A stretch of 64,000 nucleotides of DNA from an uncultured Verrucomicrobiae bacterium (GCA_963837955.1 CAWIPH010000002.1:64001-128000); one strand, 5' to 3'; positions 31,036-39,357 are shown, counted from the stretch's first letter. Notes: generated from the letters alone by a model not told the origin. Made by a program: numbers and translations.

Positions 31036-32034
31036 ATGCTGTACCAGCAACAAACCGGGTTTGCAATCGTTGGTTGCGGATTAATTGGGCGTCGCCGGGC
31101 GACCACTTTGCCGGCAGGTTCCCTCAAGCAGGTGTTCGATATTCAGCGGGATCGCGCGCTAGAGGTCGCGCGGCTTCATCCCAACTGCGTTCCGGTGACG
31201 AACTTGGACGACTTGTTACACAACGAGTCGGTACACGCTGTCATCGTTTCTACGGCTAACCATGCGCTTGCCCCTATCACTCTTGCTGCTGTACGTGCGG
31301 GGAAACATGTGCTGGTGGAAAAACCGGGTGGGATTGCCTCGGCGCAACTGGCAGAGATTGAATCCGCCGCTGCAACTACCGGCTCCCTGGTACGGATTGG
31401 CTATAATCATCGATTTCATCCTGCGTTTTTGAAAATCCGGGAATTGATGCGAACGGAAACGCTGGGTGAGATCATGTTTTTACGAGCGCGCTATGGCCAT
31501 GGCGGCCGGGTCGGCTACGAACGGGAGTGGCGGGCTGATCCGAAGCTCAGCGGTGGCGGAGAGTTAATCGATCAAGGCGTGCATTTGGTTGATCTGGCCG
31601 AAATGTTTCTGGGCCAATTCACGCAAGTCGAAGGCCATGCCGTTACTGCGTTTTGGAATATGCCAGTTGATGACAACGCATTCTTGAGCCTCCGGACCGC
31701 AGAGGGAAAAACAGCTTGGTTACATGTCAGTTGCACGGAATGGAAAAATCTATTCTCATTCGAAATTTATTTCCGACACGCCAAACTCCAAGTGGATGGC
31801 CTTGGTGGCAGCTACGGCGTCGAACGATTAACATATTACCGGATGCTCCCCGAGATGGGTCCTCCCGAGACCGTTATTTATGAGTTTCCGCGAGGCGACG
31901 AATCGTGGGCATTTGAATTGAACGAGTTCTTGGAAGATATCAGGTTGCGACGTCCTCCTTCTCCTGGTCTGGCCGAAGGAAAAAGAACATTGGAAATTGT
32001 CGAGACGATTTACCGGAAGAGCGGGTACCGGTGA
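31036..32034 (+). CDS. Gfo/Idh/MocA-family oxidoreductase
   Basis: IVGCGLIG, GKHVLVEKP, GYNHRF, GGGELIDQGVH. Confidence 0.9.
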   Translation: MLYQQQTGFAIVGCGLIGRRRATTLPAGSLKQVFDIQRDRALEVARLHPNCVPVTNLDDLLHNESVHAVIVSTANHALAPITLAAVRAGKHVLVEKPGGIASAQLAEIESAAATTGSLVRIGYNHRFHPAFLKIRELMRTETLGEIMFLRARYGHGGRVGYEREWRADPKLSGGGELIDQGVHLVDLAEMFLGQFTQVEGHAVTAFWNMPVDDNAFLSLRTAEGKTAWLHVSCTEWKNLFSFEIYFRHAKLQVDGLGGSYGVERLTYYRMLPEMGPPETVIYEFPRGDESWAFELNEFLEDIRLRRPPSPGLAEGKRTLEIVETIYRKSGYR

Positions 32035-32076
32035 CGTTCGGCGTTCGGCGTTCAGGATTCAGCGTTCGCCGTTTGG
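32035..32076. repeat. Heptamer array (CGTTCGG)n, left flank of four-helix-bundle gene
   Basis: Six degenerate units starting immediately after the Gfo stop codon. Confidence 0.85.
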
Positions 32077-32080
32077 ACCT

Positions 32081-32494
32081 TCACCGGTGTTTCTTCCCCC
32101 TTTCGTTCTTTACGAACTTGAATTTTCGGCCGCGTACTTCCGTTGTATTGAGAAATCGCATGAGTCCACCGAGACACTGGCCCGCTCGTTGACCGAGCGC
32201 ATTTAGCTCTTCAAACTTTTCAATGTCCAAATACCGAAAATCAACGGCATAAAGCAGCTGCCCCCGAGCTTCTCCCACTGAACCTTTCGAAATCGAAACG
32301 AATTGAGAAAACTCTCGATTACCGTCACGTTCAAATCCTTCAGCAAAATTAGAATAGATGGACAAAAGCGTTTTACGCAGTTGGTTAACCAAGACAGGAT
32401 CCTTTGAGAACACATGAGCGTTCAAAGGCTCAGCGACAGCACGTACGAAATCCCGACACCGTTGAAACGCATCGAATTCAGTAAAGTCATTCAT
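32081..32494 (-). CDS. Four-helix-bundle protein (23S rRNA IVS protein / Avd-like family)
   Basis: DFTEFDAFQ, LVNQLRK..LSIYSNFAEGFER..REF.QF..ISKGS.GE...QL. Confidence 0.9.
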   Translation of the reverse strand: MNDFTEFDAFQRCRDFVRAVAEPLNAHVFSKDPVLVNQLRKTLLSIYSNFAEGFERDGNREFSQFVSISKGSVGEARGQLLYAVDFRYLDIEKFEELNALGQRAGQCLGGLMRFLNTTEVRGRKFKFVKNERGKKHR

Positions 32495-32528
32495 GTCCTA
32501 ATAATAACATTTTATATGGACGTTGCAA
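32495..32528 (-). promoter_or_regulatory. Predicted sigma-70 promoter giving a near-leaderless transcript of the four-helix-bundle gene
   Basis: Minus strand TTGCAA-16 nt-TATTAT (preceded by TGn)-6 nt-ATG. Confidence 0.55.
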
Positions 32529-32557
32529 ATAGCGTAAAATGAACCCTGCACTTAGCG

Positions 32558-32615
32558 CCGAACGCCAAACGACCATGACGCCGAACGCCGAACGCCGAAC
32601 GCCAAACGCCAAACG
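32558..32615. repeat. Heptamer array (CC(G/A)AACG)n, right flank, inverted relative to the left array
   Basis: Seven units plus one interruption, ending 3 nt before the hddA GTG. Confidence 0.85.
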
Positions 32616-32618
32616 CCT

Positions 32619-33602
32619 GTGATCATCACTCGCTCGCCCCTTCGAATATCCTTAGGCGGGGGAGGAACCGACCTCCCATCTTACTATCAAGAGCACTCCG
32701 GATTCCTGATTGCCGCGGCCATCGACAAATATGTCTACATAACGCTTCACCGGACTTTCGTTGAGGAACTGATCGTCAAATATTCGAAACTCGAACGTGT
32801 CAGGTTGGTAAAAGAACTTGAACACCCGATCATTCGCGAAGCTCTTCAGCTAGTGGGCGTGGAGGCTCCCTTCCTGGAAATCACTTCCATGGCAGACATC
32901 CCAGCCGGTACCGGTCTCGGGTCCTCGGGAAGCTTCACCACGGCGTTGCTGAAGGCGTTGCACGCCTGGAAGATGAATCTGGTGCACCCGGCGCAGTTGG
33001 CTGAACAGGCGTGCGAGATCGAGATCAATCGCTTAGGTGAGCCGATCGGCAAACAGGATCAATACATTGCTGCCTATGGAGGCATTACTTGTTTCAAATT
33101 CATGCCGGACGGAAGGGTGGACGCTTGGCCGCTGAAAATCTCTGAGGAAACTCGATATAACCTGGAAGACAACTTGCTCCTCTTTTTTACCGGTTACTCG
33201 CGCTCCGCTTCATCAATTCTAAAAGAGCAAAAAACGAAGACGCTGGAGTCCGACTCAGCCATGGTCGATAACCTCCATTTCGTGAAGGAACTTGGAAAGC
33301 AGAGCCAGCGAGCTTTGGAGAACGGCGATTTGAAGGAGTTCGCTCGGCTGATGGATGTCCACTGGCAACGTAAGAAAGAGCGGTCCGGCAGTATGTCGAA
33401 CCCGCAAATTAACGAGTGGTACGATCACGCGATGACGAACGGCGCGCTAGGTGGGAAATTGATCGGTGCAGGCGGCGGCGGTTTTCTCATGTTTTACGGA
33501 GAGGACAAAGCGCGATTACGACATGCGATGCGCGAGAAAAGGCTGACGGAGGTCCGTTTTCGTTTTGATTTTGAAGGTACTAAAATCGTTGCCCAGTCTT
33601 GA
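32619..33602 (+). CDS. hddA: GHMP kinase, D-glycero-alpha-D-manno-heptose-7-phosphate kinase-like
   Basis: PLRISLGGGGTD, PAGTGLGSSG, GKQDQY, GGKLIGAGGGG. Confidence 0.85.
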   Translation: MIITRSPLRISLGGGGTDLPSYYQEHSGFLIAAAIDKYVYITLHRTFVEELIVKYSKLERVRLVKELEHPIIREALQLVGVEAPFLEITSMADIPAGTGLGSSGSFTTALLKALHAWKMNLVHPAQLAEQACEIEINRLGEPIGKQDQYIAAYGGITCFKFMPDGRVDAWPLKISEETRYNLEDNLLLFFTGYSRSASSILKEQKTKTLESDSAMVDNLHFVKELGKQSQRALENGDLKEFARLMDVHWQRKKERSGSMSNPQINEWYDHAMTNGALGGKLIGAGGGGFLMFYGEDKARLRHAMREKRLTEVRFRFDFEGTKIVAQS

Positions 33603-33604
33603 GA

Positions 33605-33706
33605 AACGCCGTCAGCGCCGACAACGCCGTGAGCGCCGACTAACGCCGAGCGGGGCGGGTAGCCGCCGGATCCATTACTAATCACTAATCATATACTAAT
33701 CACTGA
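33605..33706. repeat. 9-mer array followed by ATCACTA heptamer array
   Basis: AACGCCGTC AGCGCCGAC AACGCCGTG AGCGCCGAC, then ATTACTA ATCACTA...ATCACTG. Confidence 0.75.
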
Positions 33707-33711
33707 TCCAT

Positions 33712-34422
33712 ATGGCTCTTCCTGTTGTGATTCTCGCCGGTGGTTTGGCTACGCGCTTGCGGCCGCTGACGGAAAAGATCCCGAAGAGCCTGGTTGAAGT
33801 TGCCGGACGTCCATTCTTGGAACACCAGATCGCTCTTCTCCGGAAGAACGATATTACTGAGCTTTATCTTTGCGTCGGATTTTTAGGTGAGATGATCGAG
33901 GAACTTTTCGGGAATGGGGAAAAGTTTGGTGTCCACATTGCATATTCCTATGATGGCAAAAAACTCCTGGGTACCGGCGGCGCTATAAAGAAGCTGATGC
34001 CCAAGTTGCCAGACAATTTTTTCGTGCTTTACGGAGATTCGTATCTGCCGATTGATTACCAAGGCGTGGCCACCCATTTTCGAACGAGTGGAAAGCCTGC
34101 CCTGATGACAGTCTTTCGCAACGACAACGCTTGGGATCGCAGCAATGTTTGGTTCGAAGAAGAGACGATACGCAGATACTCCAAAACAGAGCTTCTCCCC
34201 CAGATGAGCTACATCGATTATGGACTCACGGTTTGCAGTCGCACCATTTTTGAGGAGTACCCGGCGAACGAACCGTTTGATTTGGCCATCGTTTTCGAAA
34301 GACTGGCTCAGCGCGGAGTATTAGCTGGCTACGAAGTTCATCAACGCTTTTACGAAATCGGATCCCACCAAGGGCTGGAAGAGCTGGACCGGTTGCTCCG
34401 TGGCGAGAACATTAATCAATAG
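33712..34422 (+). CDS. hddC: Sugar-1-phosphate nucleotidyltransferase (HddC-like)
   Basis: ILAGGLATRL, PKSL, LLGTGGA, LYGDS; lies between hddA and gmhA. Confidence 0.75.
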   Translation: MALPVVILAGGLATRLRPLTEKIPKSLVEVAGRPFLEHQIALLRKNDITELYLCVGFLGEMIEELFGNGEKFGVHIAYSYDGKKLLGTGGAIKKLMPKLPDNFFVLYGDSYLPIDYQGVATHFRTSGKPALMTVFRNDNAWDRSNVWFEEETIRRYSKTELLPQMSYIDYGLTVCSRTIFEEYPANEPFDLAIVFERLAQRGVLAGYEVHQRFYEIGSHQGLEELDRLLRGENINQ

Positions 34423-34486
34423 AGGAGACGTGAGTTGCCGTGGGGCAAATGACAGATGACAAATTGCAGACGTCTCTTTCGCCATA

Positions 34487-34606
34487 ACTCCACCACTCTA
34501 TTACTCCATCACTCCATCACTCCATTACTCCATTACTCCATTACTCCATTACTCCATTACTCCATTACTCCATTACTCCCTCACCCCATCGTTCCCTCAC
34601 CCCACT
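34487..34606. repeat. Octamer tandem repeat (ACTCCATT)n
   Basis: About 15 units, seven perfect (34519-34574), ending 4 nt before the gmhA ATG. Confidence 0.92.
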
Positions 34607-34610
34607 CCCC

Positions 34611-35207
34611 ATGACCTACAGTGCACAGCATCTAGCTGAGACAGCGGAAATCGTCGCAAAGCTCGAACCCGAAAAGATCGAGAAAATGGCAGAATTACTT
34701 CTAGCAGTTCGCGAGCGGGGTGGACGGCTATTCTTTCTCGGGGTTGGCGGGAGCGCGGCTAACGCGTCGCACGCGGTGAACGATTTTCGTAAGATCGCTG
34801 GTATGGAGTGCTATGCTCCGACCGATAACGTCTCCGAACTAACGGCACGAACGAACGATGAAGGTTGGGCGTCTGTGTTCGTCGAATGGCTGCGAGGCAG
34901 CCGCCTGACTGCAAAGGATGCTGTTATGGTGTTCTCGGTCGGAGGCGGCAATCTGGAGAAGAATGTTAGTCCGAACTTGGTCTTAGCGCTGCAACACGCG
35001 AAAGAGGTGAAAGCGAGCATTCTCGGCATTGTCGGTCGGGACGGTGGTTACACAGCCAAAATGGCTGACGCCGTTTGTATCGTGCCGACCGTAAATGCGC
35101 AAAATACCACTCCTCACTCCGAGGCTTTTCAGGCTGTAATTTGGCACCTGCTGGTGTCGCATCCGAAGTTGAAGCTCCAGCAAACCAAGTGGGAAAGCAC
35201 GCGGTAG
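34611..35207 (+). CDS. gmhA: SIS-domain phosphoheptose isomerase (GmhA-like)
   Basis: GVGGSAANASH, ARTND, FSVGGG, GRDGG, HSEAFQ...H. Confidence 0.8.
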   Translation: MTYSAQHLAETAEIVAKLEPEKIEKMAELLLAVRERGGRLFFLGVGGSAANASHAVNDFRKIAGMECYAPTDNVSELTARTNDEGWASVFVEWLRGSRLTAKDAVMVFSVGGGNLEKNVSPNLVLALQHAKEVKASILGIVGRDGGYTAKMADAVCIVPTVNAQNTTPHSEAFQAVIWHLLVSHPKLKLQQTKWESTR

Positions 35208-35220
35208 GGGCGAAAGGTAG

Positions 35221-35416
35221 AGTGATTGGGTTAGTGAGAAGTGATTGGTGATTGGGTGAAAATCGCAACAAAACCAGGTGAACAAGGGTCTGGAAAACGT
35301 GCCACCACGCTGCCGGTTTCTTCTTTTGAACAGAAGGTAGCAAAGGTAACGTAGCCTGATGCTCCGCCTCAGGAGATTGGCGCGCCTTGGATTCCTGAGG
35401 CGGAGCATCAGGCTAC
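35221..35416. repeat. Composite repeat: GTGATTG heptamers + ACAGAAGGTAGCAAAG unit + REP family A hairpin
   Basis: Reverse complement of modules at 27380-27450 and 27674-27787. Confidence 0.85.
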
Positions 35417-35479
35417 GCTTCGACCTGCTTGACTGGACATAGCCTCGGCGAGACCTACCCTGGCTAATTCAGCTTGGCG

Positions 35480-36040
35480 ATGAAACCAAACAAAGCAGTC
35501 TTTCTCGATCGTGATGGGGTAATAAATCGGCCGGTCATCATCGACGGAAAACCGTACCCGCCGCGGACGGTTGCGGAGTTTGAGATATTGGCTGGCGTGG
35601 GTCAGGCGTGTGCAAAGCTTAGGAAAGCCGGATACCTGCTGGTTGTCGCAACGAACCAACCAGATGTCGGCCGTGGTGTCATTGAGAAGAAAACCGTGGA
35701 AGCAATTCACGATGCGATGGTTCGCCAATTGCCAATCGATCGGGTCGAGGTTTGTTATCACGCCGGAGCGCAATTTGGTGAAGATTGCGAATGCCGGAAG
35801 CCTCGACCAGGGATGCTGATCACCGCTGCGGCGGCGCTCAATATCGATTTATCGCGATCGTTCATGGTCGGAGATCGTTGGCGCGACGTTGACTGCGGCA
35901 AGAGTGCGGGTTGCCGGACAATCTTTATCGATTGGGGGTACGACGAGCCGTTGCGAGAGCAACCGGATTTCAGAGCCGCGAACCTATCGGAAGCAGCCGA
36001 ATGGATTGTGCGGGGCACGACGGTGAGCAGTAAGCAGTAA
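35480..36040 (+). CDS. gmhB: D,D-heptose 1,7-bisphosphate phosphatase (HAD IIIA)
   Basis: FLDRDGVIN, ATNQ, CYH...CECRKP.PGM, MVGDRWRD. Confidence 0.88.
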   Translation: MKPNKAVFLDRDGVINRPVIIDGKPYPPRTVAEFEILAGVGQACAKLRKAGYLLVVATNQPDVGRGVIEKKTVEAIHDAMVRQLPIDRVEVCYHAGAQFGEDCECRKPRPGMLITAAAALNIDLSRSFMVGDRWRDVDCGKSAGCRTIFIDWGYDEPLREQPDFRAANLSEAAEWIVRGTTVSSKQ

Positions 36041-36056
36041 GCGCGGAAGGCGAGTT

Positions 36057-36344
36057 TCAAGATAGCCTAGGGCGAAGCCCTAGGAATACCGCCCCCCACC
36101 CGCGACGCACTGAAGGTGCGTCTCAAGCTTTAACCTTAAATTTCAGACATACCGTTCGTTGAACGCCTCGCGGTAACGCTTAACGAATGATGGCTCCGGG
36201 TCTTGGGTTCGCCAGGGATCGTTGCATCTAACTACGGCGCTATTCACGTATTATTGTCACGCGCTTTCAGCGCTGATCCCCTGTTCTAATAAAGTTCCTA
36301 GGGCTTTGCCCTAGGCTATCTTGAGTCGCAGCTTCGCCGCTGAA
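36057..36344. mobile_element. MITE/REPIN-like non-autonomous element, copy 1
   Basis: Terminal IR TCAAGATAGCCTAGGGC...GCCCTAGGCTATCTTGA; interior colinear with 59247-59548; flanked by inverted GT(A/G)AGCA heptamers (36023-36042, 36487-36507). Confidence 0.7.
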
Positions 36345-36537
36345 GACCCGCCTATCAATTTTGATCGAGCGAAGTGCGACAGACTGTTACGCTATCTTGA
36401 AACGCGCCTTCGGCGCTGATAGCCGATCGCTTGGTCCATCGTGCAAAGTCCGATACTCTGCCAAGTCATCTTGAAACGCGCATGGTACTTACTGCTCACC
36501 GCTTACTCCTAGAACAGAGGCGTGGGTCCATTCGTGG

Positions 36538-37725
36538 TTATTTTTCGGCCCGAATCTGCGAAATCCGCGGGTTTAACCCGGAGGCGAGTTGACGGACAGA
36601 TCTGTTCGCTGGTTCGCTCCAGAATCTTCCGATCAATTCACCGACAAGCGCGCAAATGAATACGAACAGAGGCAGAAGCACAGGAGAATAAGGGACCAAA
36701 TCAAAATCGAGTTCCTTTAGATAATTCACGAAAAGGAGCAAAATGCTTGCGTGGAAAAGGTAGATTTCATAGCTGCGGCGACCAAGGAACCTGAGCGGCC
36801 AGGCAAAAGCGAGAAAGAGATGATTGCGCTGTTGGTTTTCCAAAGAGGTCACACCAAACAACAACAACGCGATACCAATCCCCAGAAAGGTTGGACCCAT
36901 CACGATATCGTTTGGGATGGTCGTGCAGGTGATTGCGCAGATCGACAAGACGAAGCCTAGGGACGACACCGCCCAAGCGAGTCTACGCGGCATCGTCCGG
37001 GTTGTTAGCATTGATTGGATAATCGCGGTGGCGCAGCCCAGAGCTATCAGATCAAAGCAGCAAAAATATCCATACAGTTTGTCGAGGTCGGTTGCGCCGG
37101 CGAATCGAGCAATCGGACCGGCCACAATCAGCACGAGGCAACAAGAGAGGATTGCGAATCGGTTTCTCAGAGAAAGACAGAGAAGAGGGAAGAAAAGGTA
37201 AAACATTTCCTCGATCGAGAGAGACCAAAGGATATCCCACGGCAACAGGCTCCAGCCGGTTTTACAGAACAACAAATTATACCGAAACGTCAGCGTGTAA
37301 TTTACCAGCTCAGAAATCGAAACCCTCTTCGTGTCGTAGACGAAGTCGCATACTTGGCCAAAGTGGAGGGAGAGTAGCACGACCAACGCCAAGCCAAGAC
37401 ACGGCGCAATTCGGCCCAATCGAAACAGATAAAAATTGCCAGGACGGATATCGCGGAGAGTCCCATATCGGACAAGAGAGATGCGGGTAATCAGAAATCC
37501 GGAGATAACGAAGAAGATGGTGACTCCGTAGTAACCGTTCTGAAATAGAATCTCAGCCAATTGAGGGGGGAACAACGGCGAGAGCTCGGAGGACTGAACA
37601 GTAAAAAAGTCGTCCCCGTGATAAAGCACAACGAGCAAAATCGACAGACCGCGCAACAGATCGATGAACCCGGACCGGCTCTTTCCGGCCAGGTCAGCGG
37701 AAATCTGGGGTGACTGCGCGCGCAT
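36538..37725 (-). CDS. Acyltransferase-3 (OafA-like) membrane O-acyltransferase
   Basis: IDLLRGLSILLVVLYH, GVTIFFVISGFLI, WSLSIEEMFY, GRRSYEIYLFH. Confidence 0.9.
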   Translation of the reverse strand: MRAQSPQISADLAGKSRSGFIDLLRGLSILLVVLYHGDDFFTVQSSELSPLFPPQLAEILFQNGYYGVTIFFVISGFLITRISLVRYGTLRDIRPGNFYLFRLGRIAPCLGLALVVLLSLHFGQVCDFVYDTKRVSISELVNYTLTFRYNLLFCKTGWSLLPWDILWSLSIEEMFYLFFPLLCLSLRNRFAILSCCLVLIVAGPIARFAGATDLDKLYGYFCCFDLIALGCATAIIQSMLTTRTMPRRLAWAVSSLGFVLSICAITCTTIPNDIVMGPTFLGIGIALLLFGVTSLENQQRNHLFLAFAWPLRFLGRRSYEIYLFHASILLLFVNYLKELDFDLVPYSPVLLPLFVFICALVGELIGRFWSEPANRSVRQLASGLNPRISQIRAEK

Positions 37726-37751
37726 TCGGCTTTAGTTCTTGCGAACGGTAG

Positions 37752-38657
37752 ATGGCGTCTTCAATGAATTGTCCGAAAATCTCAATTGTCACGCCATCCT
37801 TTAATCAGGGGAGATTTCTAGGCGCGACGCTCGAAAGCGTTCTCGGACAAGGCTATCCGGGCCTGGAATATGTCGTTATGGATGGTGGAAGCGACGACAA
37901 CAGCGTCGAAGTGATTAAACGGCGAGAAGCGGACTTAAGTTTTTGGCGGTCCGAACCCGATCGAGGCCAGGCGGCGGCAATCAACGAGGGATTTTCCCGA
38001 TGCACCGGAGCTATCCTGGGTTGGCTCAATAGCGACGATCTGTACAAACCCAAAACATTCTCCCAGGTGGCTGCGCTCCTCGGTCCAATTTCCGATCAAC
38101 CGGTTGTGATTTACGGTGGTTGCGAGTTATTTCACGACGGCAAGGGTACGCGCGAGATTCGGCCAGCTTTGCCTTTTGATTTGGCAACCCTGCAAACTAC
38201 CGATTATCTCGACCAACCCAGCGTCTTTTGGACCCGAGCGGCCTGGGAGCTGGTGGGCCCGTTAGACGAATCGCTCCACTATGCTTTTGATTGGGATTGG
38301 TTTTTACGGGCAGCGAAAAAATGCAAGTTCGTTTGCTCTGATCTTGTGTTGTCGCGGTATCGGATCCACTCCGAACATAAGTCTGGTACCGGCGGTGCAA
38401 GCCGGTGGAGGGAGCTAGTCGAGGTGGTCAATCGGCACGCTCCCGATGGGGTGATTGATCATTATCGGTTCCTGACGGATCACCGAATCGCTCACTGGTG
38501 GCTCAATAAACGGATGCGATTCGCCCAAGCGCTCGGCAAATTACTTCCCAGAAAATTGGCCGGCGGGCTGGCTACTGGAGCTTCGCCTCCGTTTTGGCGC
38601 TTGCCGAAAGGCATCGATCCAGAAGTCCTTTGGCTCATCTCCGGCATACGTTTTTAG
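37752..38657 (+). CDS. Glycosyltransferase family 2
   Basis: ISIVTPSFNQ, DGGSDD, GWLNSDD, QPSVFW, AFDWD. Confidence 0.9.
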   Translation: MASSMNCPKISIVTPSFNQGRFLGATLESVLGQGYPGLEYVVMDGGSDDNSVEVIKRREADLSFWRSEPDRGQAAAINEGFSRCTGAILGWLNSDDLYKPKTFSQVAALLGPISDQPVVIYGGCELFHDGKGTREIRPALPFDLATLQTTDYLDQPSVFWTRAAWELVGPLDESLHYAFDWDWFLRAAKKCKFVCSDLVLSRYRIHSEHKSGTGGASRWRELVEVVNRHAPDGVIDHYRFLTDHRIAHWWLNKRMRFAQALGKLLPRKLAGGLATGASPPFWRLPKGIDPEVLWLISGIRF

Positions 38658-39082
38658 CTCAGTGGATTATGCCAACGGAGATCCGAAAAGCGGGCGTAAT
38701 CCGTATCGGTAGTGTGAACCACTGCCCGAAGTCGTAGTGCAATTGCGGCGATATGAGCGTCCGTTGTCAGATTGCCGCCGGTCCCTGCTAGTCTTAGAAA
38801 TGCGAGCGCTTGGCGGAGGTCGGACATCTGCGTTTCGAGGAACTGCGCATTGGGTTGGTCGAGCCATTCTTCAACATGTCTGGAGGCTTCCTCAATGGTC
38901 AAAGGATGAAGAAACACTTGGGCGTTGGTGCCAAGCCGCACAAATGCAAGTAAGACAGGTGCGCAAAGACCGACGGCCTCCGACCCGCCAAAAATGCTCG
39001 TTAACCACGTCGCCGCCTTACGATGAAATGGGCTCGAGGCATCGTAAGCATACAGCAGCAAATTGACATCTGGGATGATCAC
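38654..39082 (-). CDS. vapC: PIN-domain VapC toxin
   Basis: IPDVNLLLYA, TDAHIAAIA, TTDTDY; overlaps the antitoxin stop. Confidence 0.9.
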   Translation of the reverse strand: MIIPDVNLLLYAYDASSPFHRKAATWLTSIFGGSEAVGLCAPVLLAFVRLGTNAQVFLHPLTIEEASRHVEEWLDQPNAQFLETQMSDLRQALAFLRLAGTGGNLTTDAHIAAIALRLRAVVHTTDTDYARFSDLRWHNPLS

Positions 39083-39357
39083 CGGACTTTTTTGGCCAAA
39101 CGTCGGGTGGAGGCAAAGAACGCCTCAATCTCTAGGTCGTCTTCCAGTTGGCCTAGCCGGGTCGGGTCGATTCCTGGACGAAGCCCCATGGTCCGCGCTT
39201 TGATCGCGAACGGCTTGCGCTTTGTGCTCGCCGACGAGTTTCGTAGTCCTTCCCGAACCGCGTTGTTCAACACCTGTTTGAAGCTTTGCCTTGTTTGATG
39301 GGCTGTCTCCTTCAGAAGACGCTCTACATCAGGATCTAGGGTGACGGTCGTGCGCAC
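39079..39357 (-). CDS. vapB: Ribbon-helix-helix antitoxin (VapB-like)
   Basis: (M)RTTVTLDPDV...SFKQVLNNAVREGL; coupled to vapC. Confidence 0.8.
   Translation of the reverse strand: MRTTVTLDPDVERLLKETAHQTRQSFKQVLNNAVREGLRNSSASTKRKPFAIKARTMGLRPGIDPTRLGQLEDDLEIEAFFASTRRLAKKVR

Noticed and set aside
32081..32494. Diversity-generating retroelement (Avd-like gene)
   Set aside because: No reverse transcriptase and no template/variable repeat pair with adenine-specific differences were seen.
32035..32615. 23S rRNA intervening sequence
   Set aside because: Flanks are protein-coding genes; no rRNA sequence in the window.
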